A stretch of DNA of 12,369 nt, taken from assembly GCA_016840425.1 (NCBI GenBank), contig JAEOSI010000044.1, positions 1-12,369 on the forward strand, read 5' to 3'. The translations under genes and the position numbers were made by a program. Of this stretch, positions 1-7,288 are shown one piece after another. Below the pieces are notes generated by a model, which saw nothing but the letters and a program-made list of their open reading frames with translations, made no database searches and was not told the DNA's origin. Within the stretch, counting starts at the first letter, position 1; the number at the start of each line of letters is the position of its first letter. The DNA is from Candidatus Wukongarchaeum yapensis (GTDB lineage Archaea; Asgardarchaeota; Wukongarchaeia; Wukongarchaeales; Wukongarchaeaceae).

Positions 1-184
1 CGACAAAGTGAATACTTATAGTGCTAAAAGCTATAAGGATTATGAACATGGCGAAAGTTCGAAAAAATCGTGGCTTAACTTTTACTTCTAGGCCTAGAAA
101 TCGGAGGATTCTGTTCGTTATTCTTCCTAGGAAGTTCCATAAGGCCTCACCGTGTTTTCTAAGCGTTTTTTTCTCAGCGGTCAT
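1..184 (-). CDS. 5' end of a probable membrane protein (runs off the window edge)
   Basis: Not in the ORF track. ATG at 184-182 is preceded by AGAGGGG (SD-like). The frame is open to base 1: MTAEKKTLRKHGEALWNFLGRITNRILRFLGLEVKVKPRFFRTFAMFIILIAFSTISIHFV. A basic N-terminus is followed by a hydrophobic TM-like segment. Family not identifiable. Confidence 0.6.
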   Translation of the reverse strand, partial: MTAEKKTLRKHGEALWNFLGRITNRILRFLGLEVKVKPRFFRTFAMFIILIAFSTISIHFV

Positions 185-347
185 CTTTTTTCCCCTCTAA
201 AACAGCATAGCCATAGAAAGCTTTGTGTGTTTTAATTCGATTATTAAGTTCTTTTATTTTTCTATATTATTATATGATTTTTTTTGTGTTATTGGTTTTT
301 GTTTTAGTTTATCAGATAGTTTTTTAGTGGCTTTTTTATAAGCTTTG

Positions 348-362
348 ATTAAAGTTTTAAAT
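348..362 (+). promoter_or_regulatory. Putative BRE/TATA for the DUF54-rnp3-rnp2 operon
   Basis: ATTAAAG-TTTTAAAT about 40 nt upstream of ATG 400. An alternative TTTTATAA lies at ~334-341. Confidence 0.35.
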
Positions 363-399
363 GTGCCTGAAATCTTTTGTCTGAGCGAGCGTTTAGAAA

Positions 400-876
400 A
401 TGCAAGAAAAGCCAAAGTATTATAGTTTGTTTTTCGAGGTTTTTGTCCACGCTACTGAAGATTTAGAGAAGGTGAGAGAAGCTCTTCTCTTTATTTTGCC
501 TGAGGAGTACAGGGAAAGAGTTTCTATTAAAAATGAAATATTAGTCGGAAGTTGGGGTAACCAGATCATTGTTCTGAAATTGAAAGTTAAAGGCGAAGAC
601 CTTGTAAAAGAGACACTTTCTCGCATTTTTTCCAGTTTAAGCGCGGTAGAAAGGAAGGATATTCTATCAAGTCTTTTTAAACAAGTGGACGAAAAAGGTT
701 GTTTTTATTTACGTATAAGTAAGCAAAATGCTTGTTTGCAAAGAGTTTCCCTAGATCAGGAGGGAGGAATTATCCGGTGTATTTTTAAATTTAAAACCGG
801 TGTAGGTGAGAAAAAGTCAGAAGCTATAAGGTATTTAAAAGAAATGATTTCAACCATTGAGAATGAAATGTTATAA
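400..876 (+). CDS. DUF54/COG1325-family RNA-binding protein (exosome-superoperon associated)
   Basis: Motifs VFVHATEDLEKV, GSWGNQI and FYLRISKQ match the family HATED / GxxGNxI / YLRxxKQ pattern. It sits in its usual position immediately upstream of rnp3-rnp2. Confidence 0.85.
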   Translation: MQEKPKYYSLFFEVFVHATEDLEKVREALLFILPEEYRERVSIKNEILVGSWGNQIIVLKLKVKGEDLVKETLSRIFSSLSAVERKDILSSLFKQVDEKGCFYLRISKQNACLQRVSLDQEGGIIRCIFKFKTGVGEKKSEAIRYLKEMISTIENEML

Positions 877-929
877 AATAAGGTTTGGTTAAGTTTTTGT
901 GCAAGTAGTTCATGGGGCGGTCTTGTTTT

Positions 930-1649
930 ATGGGGAAGACTTTTATCGATCTTGGGATTTATCCTGGCGGGATGGAAAAGCCAGAAGTTGAAAAAGTTGT
1001 TATGCATGCTCGTAAGTTGGGCTATAGGAAGGTTTGTTTGGTTTTAAAGAGTTTTAAAGGTTTTAATTTTAGAGTGTTTGAGGGGTTAGGGATTGAGGTA
1101 ATACCGCGATTGGAGGTGGGTGGTAGTACTGTTAACGTGGTAAAAAAACAAGTGCTTAAGCGTGGTAATTTATGGCGTTCGGCTGTGTTTTCTGTTTTCG
1201 CGGAGAGTAAAAGGGTGGCTATGTGGGCTGCTCGTAATCGGTGGATTGATATTATTCGTGTGCCTGAATATTCTTTTAACAAGGTTATTGATTGGTCTGT
1301 GGCGAGATTGTTGACGAGTAATAATAAGGCTTTTGAACTTCAAACAGCCCCTATGCTGAGGGTTAGGGGGGTGGTCAGGTCTAAATTGTTGAAAAGTTTT
1401 TATGTTATGGTTAGACGCCTATTAAGAGCGAAAACTCCTGTAGTAGTTAGTAGTGGTGCAAATAGCGTTTTTGAGATGCGAACACCACAGGATACGGTGG
1501 CACTAGCAACGTTGGTAGGGTTACCTTTAGAAGAGGGCTTGAAAGGCGTGTCTATTACCCCTGAGAACATAGTTTTAAAAGTCTTTCAAAGAAAAATGTT
1601 AGCTGGTATTCCTGAAGGCGTAAAAATTGTTCAAAAAGAGGATGTTTAG
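930..1649 (+). CDS. rnp3: Ribonuclease P protein component 3 (Rpp30)
   Basis: MGKTFIDL start, WAARNRWIDII, PVVVSSGANSVFEMRTPQD and C-terminal IPEGVKIV are typical of archaeal Rpp30, and synteny agrees. ATG 930 has GGGGCGG 8 nt upstream; ATG 912 is the alternative start. Stop is TAG. Confidence 0.9.
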   Translation: MGKTFIDLGIYPGGMEKPEVEKVVMHARKLGYRKVCLVLKSFKGFNFRVFEGLGIEVIPRLEVGGSTVNVVKKQVLKRGNLWRSAVFSVFAESKRVAMWAARNRWIDIIRVPEYSFNKVIDWSVARLLTSNNKAFELQTAPMLRVRGVVRSKLLKSFYVMVRRLLRAKTPVVVSSGANSVFEMRTPQDTVALATLVGLPLEEGLKGVSITPENIVLKVFQRKMLAGIPEGVKIVQKEDV

Positions 1650-1673
1650 AGTATAAAAGGGTTTGAGATAGAA

Positions 1674-2039
1674 ATGGTTAAGGTTTTTAGGAACCGTTAC
1701 TTGGTTTTCAAGGTTTACACGGAAAAAGAGCCGGCATTGGATGAAGAAGATATCAAACAAACGCTTTTCAACACAGCAAGAACACTTTTTGGGGAGGCAT
1801 GGATGGCAAAACTTGACCTTCAACTAATAAATTTTAATCCCTCTACCCTTGAAGGCATTCTTAAATGCGGGCACAAAACAGTGACGGAGACCAGGGCAAT
1901 AATCGCCACAATAACTTCCCTTAAAAAAGAACCAGTAAGTCTCTATGTAAAAGGCGTTTCAGGAACATTAAAACGTGCAAGAAAAAAGTTCACAGAGAAA
2001 GAAGCAAGAGAAGACAACAACAGAAAGAAAGAAGCTTAA
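1674..2039 (+). CDS. rnp2: Ribonuclease P protein component 2 (Pop5/Rpp14 family)
   Basis: N-terminal RNRYLVFKV, LFGE, and C-terminal GVSGTLKRARKKF are Pop5 hallmarks; it follows rnp3. Confidence 0.92.
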   Translation: MVKVFRNRYLVFKVYTEKEPALDEEDIKQTLFNTARTLFGEAWMAKLDLQLINFNPSTLEGILKCGHKTVTETRAIIATITSLKKEPVSLYVKGVSGTLKRARKKFTEKEAREDNNRKKEA

Positions 2040-2048
2040 AAGTTTCAT

Positions 2049-2080
2049 AAAAAATCCTTTTCCCTCTTTTAAACAAGGGA
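2049..2080 (-). terminator. Possible hairpin + U6 terminator for minus-strand transcripts (GTPase mRNA or the small RNA)
   Basis: On the - strand: UCCCU-(10 nt)-AGGGA stem, then AAAGGAUUUUUU. Confidence 0.3.
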
Positions 2081-2095
2081 GTAGAGTTTTTAAAT

Positions 2096-2172
2096 GGGAG
2101 GATCATTTTGTCGCGATCATGGCATCGCCCTCCAGGAAGGGCTTCATCTGGAGCGGCAAAATCATATCCCCC
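2096..2172 (-). ncRNA. Candidate structured small RNA with a kink-turn (unknown class)
   Basis: GC-rich 77 nt in an AT-rich convergent intergenic gap. Stem GGGGGA/UCCUCC, 3-nt bulge UAU, tandem G.A pairs, U.U, then UUUUG/CAAAA, with inner stems CUCCAG/CUGGAG and GCGAU/AUCGC. A TATA-like element lies ~28 nt upstream on the - strand. Confidence 0.45.
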
Positions 2173-2192
2173 GACTAATAATGTAAATACAA

Positions 2193-2208
2193 GAATATAA
2201 TCATTTCG
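2193..2208 (-). promoter_or_regulatory. Putative BRE/TATA for the candidate small RNA
   Basis: - strand CGAAATGA-TTATATTC. The first T of the TATA is 28 nt upstream of G2172, the 5' end of the terminal stem. Confidence 0.35.
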
Positions 2209-2233
2209 TTTTAGGTTTGTTTGAAGTCTAGTT

Positions 2234-2968
2234 TTAAAATGTTACAGCGGGGGGAGTTCTTTCCTCTCTTAAACGTTCTATTTCGAGAAGGATTTCTGTT
2301 GCTTGCTTTGCAAAAGGTTTTAGTTCAAAAGTTTGTGCATACCAGTCTGCAGATAAAACTCTCCTCCACTCTAACCATCTAAGCATCAACCTTGCTTTTT
2401 GAAGGGGAACGTTTAACTTTTGAGATATCTTTTCAAGAGAGTTTGGATTACCCCCTTCCTCTAAAATTACGCGTAAGACAGGAAGCATTCTTCTCAAAAT
2501 GGCAAGAGTTAACACTTTGAGCGCGCGTTCTATACCTTTACCTGTGGTTGCGCTTGTACCTATAATGAAGTAATCTTCTTTGGAGAAACCTGCGAGGCGA
2601 GCTGCTTCCTCTGGCGGTAGAGCTGAAGGGATATCTTGTTTGTTTGCCGCGATTATTATCGGCACGTTAGGTAGTGTGTTTTTTATCTCTGCAAACAAGG
2701 CTTGGGATTCATTTGCATAGGGTTTTGTAGAGTCTATTAGGAATAAAACGCCGTCTGCTCCTGTTGATAAAACCCTCCTCACCATATCGAACCGTTTTAA
2801 GCCAGGGGTCCCGAAAAGGAAAACACTCATGCTAAAAACTTCTGCGACTGCATAATCTAAAGCGACTGTGGTTCCTGCACGGTCTATTGATATACTTGAT
2901 CCTTCACTTACTTTACTTACAAAGGTTGATTTTCCTGAGTTGAAGGGCCCCATTACCAAGATCTTCAA
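2234..2968 (-). CDS. MglA/CvnD (COG2229)-like small GTPase with a C-terminal winged helix-turn-helix domain
   Basis: G1 GPFNSGKS, G2 TTVALDY, G3 FGTPG(L), G4 NKQD, G5 SAT. Residues ~163-220 (VLRVILEE...SLEKISQKLNVPLQKARLMLRWLEWRRVL) have a wHTH pattern. TTG start with AAGGAG 9 nt upstream. Confidence 0.88.
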   Translation of the reverse strand: MKILVMGPFNSGKSTFVSKVSEGSSISIDRAGTTVALDYAVAEVFSMSVFLFGTPGLKRFDMVRRVLSTGADGVLFLIDSTKPYANESQALFAEIKNTLPNVPIIIAANKQDIPSALPPEEAARLAGFSKEDYFIIGTSATTGKGIERALKVLTLAILRRMLPVLRVILEEGGNPNSLEKISQKLNVPLQKARLMLRWLEWRRVLSADWYAQTFELKPFAKQATEILLEIERLREERTPPAVTF

Positions 2969-3020
2969 TCCATCTTTCTCCTTTTCTTTTCATCACTTGA
3001 TAAGAAAAAAGGACATGACT

Positions 3021-3036
3021 ATTATAAAGTTATCAC
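3021..3036 (-). promoter_or_regulatory. Putative BRE/TATA of the GTPase gene
   Basis: - strand GTGATAAC-TTTATAAT predicts a start near 3000 and a ~30-nt leader containing the SD. Confidence 0.4.
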
Positions 3037-3128
3037 GATTATTATTAATTTTAACGGAAGTTTCGTAAGAATTTTTCTTAAATAAAACTCCTTTCATCTT
3101 AAAAATAAAAAGTTAAAAGAGGGGTTTT

Positions 3129-6100
3129 TTAAGTTTTTATCGCTATTTTAATGGTTTTATCTTCGATTTTCCAGTTTTTTGTGTATGTTGTTTCAGCTGG
3201 TATCCCTACTTGTACACTGGTTGAGAGGGTTTCGTTGGCGACATATTTTTCATGTTTTTTCATGGAGTTTAGGAGTTCTTGGTCTTCTGTTTCATAGAAG
3301 AGGCTTATGGTTTGGGTGTATTCTAGGTCTAATTCTTTCCGCATTACTTGTACCCTTCTTATAAATTCTAGCATTAATCCTTCTTCTCTGAGTTCTGGGG
3401 TCATTTCTGTGTTAAGAATCATTAGCAGACTTCCTATTAAAGAGGCGACATATGGTGGTTTTTCTTTCTTTTCTGTATTCAAGTCTCCTCGTGTAAGTTC
3501 TACTTCTTCCCCGTCTATTTTCAGTTTAGCGCTTCCTTTTTCCTCTATTCTTCTTAGTAGCTCTAGAGAGTCTTGCTGCTGTAAAGTCTTACTTATTTTA
3601 GGTATTTTTTCTTTATATTTTGGTCCTAAGCGTTCATAATTTGGTTTTAAGATTATTTGACAATAGTTTTTATGTTCTTTAGGATCGATATATTTGACCT
3701 TTTTTACGTTTATTTCTTCAAGTAATAGCAATTCAAAAGGTTTTATTCTCGAAGCTTGTTTCTCTGTACACCCTATTATAAGCTCTTTTAACGGTTGTCG
3801 TGTCTTTATTTTTTTACTGGCACGCAGAGATCTTCCCGAGCTATTTACACCGATCACCAACTTCATACTTTCCTCAAGATCTTTATCGATATACTCTTCA
3901 ACAGAAGTCGGATAATCTGTCATATGTACGCTCAAAGGAGCTGTCTCTTCAATATGCCTAACAAGGTTTTGATACATGTCTTCAGTGATAAAGGAGGCGA
4001 AAGGTGCAAGAAGCTTTATTAAAGTAACTAAAACTTCATAAAGAGTCCAGAAAGCTGAAAGTTTATCCTCAGTAACCTCTGACTTCCAAAATCTTCGCCT
4101 AGATCTCCGAACATACCAATTACTCAGTTCATCCACAACAAATTCATCAAGATATCTTGCAGCTTTGTGAACATCGTAGGCATTAAGACCGCTTGTAACA
4201 TCTTTTATAAGAGTGTTTGCACTTGAGATGATCCAGCGGTCAAGAACGTCCCTTTTCTCTACAGGTAAGTATTGATTTTCCCTTGCTTTTACAGGGTTAA
4301 AGTTGTCTACATTAGCGTTTAAGACGAAGAAATGATACACGTTCCACAACGTTAAAAGGAACCGTTTTAAGGCGTCTTCTGAAGCTTTTAAATAGAAACG
4401 CTTATCCAGCCAAGGCGCGTTGGAAGCGAAAAGATACCACCGCATAGCGTCCGCTCCTGTGTTGTTTAAAATAATCCAAGGATCAACGATATTGCCCTTG
4501 CTTTTGCTCATCTTAACCCCTTTTTCATCAGTTACGAGGCCGAGGGTTAAAACGGATGTATAAGCAGGCTTGTTAAAAACTAAAGTACCTATCGCTAATA
4601 GTGTGTAGAACCATCCCCTAGTTTGATCCACTGCCTCCGTTATAAAACTTGCAGGAAACTGGCTTTCAAAAAGCTCCTTGTTCTCAAAGGGATAATGGTG
4701 TTGAGCAAAAGGAGCAGAACCACTATCATACCAACAATCAACGAGATAATTCTCTCTTATCATATCTCCTCCGCATTTTTTACAATCAAGAATTACCTCA
4801 TCTATCCACGGTTTGTGAAGCTCAAGATGGCCTGGAAGCTTTTTCGCTAAACTTTTAAGCTCTGATACACTTCCCAAACAAGTTCTTTCACCGCATTTTT
4901 CACACGTCCATATAGGCAAAGGTGTCCCCCAATACCTCTCCCTTGAAAGGGCCCAATCCCTTAAATTTTCTAAGAAGTTACCAAACCTCCCATGCTTGTA
5001 ATATTCTGGAAACCATTCTACCTGCCCATTGTTGTCGGTTAATTCTTCTTTTATTTTACTCATTTTCAAAAACCATGTCTCCCTCGCGATGTAAAGCAGG
5101 GGAGTGTCACACCTCCAACAAAAAGGATAATCGTGTTTATAAGTCCCGCTTTTGTAGAGGAGGTTTCTTTCTTCAAGCATCTCTATTATTTTCTTGTCCG
5201 CATCTTTTACGTACATGTCCGCAAAAGGTTCTACTTCTCCCACAAAGTTGCCTTTTTCATCCACAAGCTGAAGTAAAGGCAGGTCGTACTCTTGAGCTAG
5301 TTCATAATCTTCAGGACCGAAAGCTGGGGCCGTATGCACTATCCCTGTACCCTCTTCTAAGTCGACAAAATCGGCAAGGCATACGTAGTGGGCACGTTTT
5401 TCTAGCTTTTTAAAGGTGAAGAGGGGCTCATAACTCTTTCCTTCTAAATCTGCACCATAAAGTCTCTGAACAACTTTGTGTTCCCCTTCTATTACTCGGT
5501 CTACTAAAGCGCCAGCAAGTATGTATCGCTCTCCATTTGTTTCAACAACGGCATATAAGAAATCAGGATGTACTGCTAAAGCGACGTTACTTATAAGAGT
5601 CCAAGGCGTCGTTGTCCACGCCAAAAAATAAGTATTTTCTTCTCCCTCGACTTTGAACTTTATAAAGATGCTTGGATCCTCAGTTTCAGCACTACCCAAA
5701 GCAACCTCATGACTACTCAGAGAGGTTCCACATCGGGTACACCAAGGCACCACATAGTGACTCTTTACAAGCAATCCCTTATTCCATGACTGTTTCAAGC
5801 TCCACCAAACACTTTCTATATAATCATCATCCATCGTTATATACGGACCACCATGATAGCCGCTATCATCCCTCTCCATATCAAGCCAAAAACCAACTCT
5901 TTCCGTGGTCTTTTTCCATTCACTCTCATAACGAAGAACGCTTTCCCTACATTTCTCATTAAATTTCTCGATCCCGTACGCTTCTATATCCTTCTTAGTT
6001 TTTAGATTGAGCTCCTTTTCTACCTCAAGCTCAACGGGCAATCCATGACAGTCCCAGCCCCCTTTTCGTGGTACATAGTAGCCTTGCATTGTTTTAAAAC

Positions 6101-6317
6101 GTAGTACCAAGTCTTTGGTTACTCTTGTGAGGATATGACCTGGGTGAGGTAAACCGTTAGCTGTAGGAGGTCCTTCTAAAAACACGAAATTATGCACTGA
6201 GTTTTTTCTCAAGTCTTGAACCCTTTCGAAAACCTTTTCTTTTTCCCAGAACTTTAAGACGTTTTCTTCTAATTCAGGAAACTTTACATTAAGGATAACT
6301 TCTTCAAAAACAGTCAC
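3129..6317 (-). CDS. ileS: Isoleucine--tRNA ligase (type 2, archaeal/eukaryote-like)
   Basis: EGPPTANGLPHPGH (HIGH motif, nt 6135-6146), GWDCHGLPVE, editing-domain WTTTPWTL and GTGIVHTAPAFG, DWALSRERYWGTPLP, KMSKS (nt 4500-4514), LSNWYVRRSRRRFW; 1062 aa. GTG start with GGAGG at 6330-6326. Confidence 0.99.
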   Translation of the reverse strand: MTVFEEVILNVKFPELEENVLKFWEKEKVFERVQDLRKNSVHNFVFLEGPPTANGLPHPGHILTRVTKDLVLRFKTMQGYYVPRKGGWDCHGLPVELEVEKELNLKTKKDIEAYGIEKFNEKCRESVLRYESEWKKTTERVGFWLDMERDDSGYHGGPYITMDDDYIESVWWSLKQSWNKGLLVKSHYVVPWCTRCGTSLSSHEVALGSAETEDPSIFIKFKVEGEENTYFLAWTTTPWTLISNVALAVHPDFLYAVVETNGERYILAGALVDRVIEGEHKVVQRLYGADLEGKSYEPLFTFKKLEKRAHYVCLADFVDLEEGTGIVHTAPAFGPEDYELAQEYDLPLLQLVDEKGNFVGEVEPFADMYVKDADKKIIEMLEERNLLYKSGTYKHDYPFCWRCDTPLLYIARETWFLKMSKIKEELTDNNGQVEWFPEYYKHGRFGNFLENLRDWALSRERYWGTPLPIWTCEKCGERTCLGSVSELKSLAKKLPGHLELHKPWIDEVILDCKKCGGDMIRENYLVDCWYDSGSAPFAQHHYPFENKELFESQFPASFITEAVDQTRGWFYTLLAIGTLVFNKPAYTSVLTLGLVTDEKGVKMSKSKGNIVDPWIILNNTGADAMRWYLFASNAPWLDKRFYLKASEDALKRFLLTLWNVYHFFVLNANVDNFNPVKARENQYLPVEKRDVLDRWIISSANTLIKDVTSGLNAYDVHKAARYLDEFVVDELSNWYVRRSRRRFWKSEVTEDKLSAFWTLYEVLVTLIKLLAPFASFITEDMYQNLVRHIEETAPLSVHMTDYPTSVEEYIDKDLEESMKLVIGVNSSGRSLRASKKIKTRQPLKELIIGCTEKQASRIKPFELLLLEEINVKKVKYIDPKEHKNYCQIILKPNYERLGPKYKEKIPKISKTLQQQDSLELLRRIEEKGSAKLKIDGEEVELTRGDLNTEKKEKPPYVASLIGSLLMILNTEMTPELREEGLMLEFIRRVQVMRKELDLEYTQTISLFYETEDQELLNSMKKHEKYVANETLSTSVQVGIPAETTYTKNWKIEDKTIKIAIKT

Positions 6318-6325
6318 TGCAAAAG

Positions 6326-6420
6326 CCTCCTTAAGGGGGACGGTCTGCCATTTCCATGAAATAGACTGAGATCACATCTTCACCGATGAATTTGTAAATC
6401 CCTCATTCCAGACCATCCTT
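6326..6420 (-). promoter_or_regulatory. Structured 5' leader of ileS (candidate cis-regulatory RNA) ending at the SD
   Basis: GGAUGGUCUG (6418-6409) pairs with CAGACCGUCC (6347-6338): 10 bp with one G-U, enclosing 61 nt that contain short hairpins. It is followed by CCC-UUAA-GGAGG (SD). Confidence 0.4.
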
Positions 6421-6654
6421 CTTTTTCTGTTTATTAAAATGAGATAAAGTAATTATCTAAACGGTTTTTATTTTTTCTCGTTTTATTATTTATGTTTTAT
6501 GTTTTTATTTTTTAAATGTGTTATTTTTTAAAAAGCTTTTAAAATAGCAAAATGGCGTATTAACAATTGTTTTAAATCTTGAAAGTTTTACTCTACCTTT
6601 GTGTCAAATCTTTCTTAAGTAACGGTTTTATCGATAAAGGTGGTGTGAGGGTTT

Positions 6655-7281
6655 TTGAGGGGGCATGCTTGTAACTATGCTTTAAAGAAAAGCATTCGAA
6701 AAAGTTCCAAGGGTGTAAAAAAGAAAAGTATCTATATATGCAAGCCTGAAGGGGTAGAGTGTGGTGTTAAATCTTTTGATTATGAGGAAATTATACGTTG
6801 TCGGCTTTGGCGGATTGTTAGAGTTTACCAGCGTTTAAAAGCTAATAAAGATAAGGATTTGGAGGATTCCGATTATCTTTTGAAAAACCTTTTAAAAGAG
6901 CAAAGAGGAGTAAGATCTTTTATCAAACGTCTTTTCCAGGCAAATAGCGCCTATTTAGGAAAAAAGAGTCTATGCACTGACCTTCCAAAGTGCTGTGGGC
7001 GCCTCACGAAAGGTCTTCAGCCAACCATGAACTTTTTGTTAAATTATCCATTGCTTTGCTTAGCCTGTGTAAAGTTTTTAAAACCAGTACCCAGAGGCGA
7101 AAGATCAGCGTCATTTGAGAGAAATTATCTAAGAAACACTAATTCAGAATATTATTCTGATTCTGAAAATTGCGTGTTTAAAATCAACAACAAAACTTTT
7201 GATATATTTAGAGGATGCAACTATAAAGCCAGATCTAGAACCGCTTTAGAAATGCTTGTAGAAGCACTAGAAAACGTTTAA
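6655..7281 (+). CDS. Hypothetical basic, Cys-rich protein (208 aa)
   Basis: Long ORF that overlaps no other gene. TTG start behind a strong SD-like AAAGGTGGTGTGAGG, T-tract after the stop, and the same 5' GT / 3' AC compositional gradient as real genes here. No recognisable family. Confidence 0.6.
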   Translation: MRGHACNYALKKSIRKSSKGVKKKSIYICKPEGVECGVKSFDYEEIIRCRLWRIVRVYQRLKANKDKDLEDSDYLLKNLLKEQRGVRSFIKRLFQANSAYLGKKSLCTDLPKCCGRLTKGLQPTMNFLLNYPLLCLACVKFLKPVPRGERSASFERNYLRNTNSEYYSDSENCVFKINNKTFDIFRGCNYKARSRTALEMLVEALENV

Positions 7282-7288
7282 AAATCTT

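Noticed and set aside
2096-2172. Structured element read as a tRNA, SECIS or hammerhead ribozyme
   Set aside because: No D/T-loop consensus or cloverleaf; the upstream GTPase has no in-frame UGA and there is no SECIS-type apical AA loop; the hammerhead core CUGANGA/GAAA is absent.
420-2178. Track ORFs 420-626, 756-1007, 1022-1282, 1599-1823 (-) and 1975-2178 (+)
   Set aside because: Antisense or out-of-frame shadows of the well-supported DUF54, rnp3 and rnp2 genes, with no motifs. ORF 1975-2178 overlaps rnp2 and crosses the structured RNA.
2868-5962. + strand ORFs inside the GTPase gene and ileS, including the 163-aa ORF at 4922-5413
   Set aside because: Antisense shadows with Ser/Phe/Leu-rich non-protein-like composition and no RBS.
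6326-6450. ileS leader read as a T-box riboswitch or leader peptide
   Set aside because: No T-box (GGUGGNACCGCG-type) sequence or recognisable stem I motifs; the upstream mini-ORFs are 15 codons or fewer and not Ile-rich.
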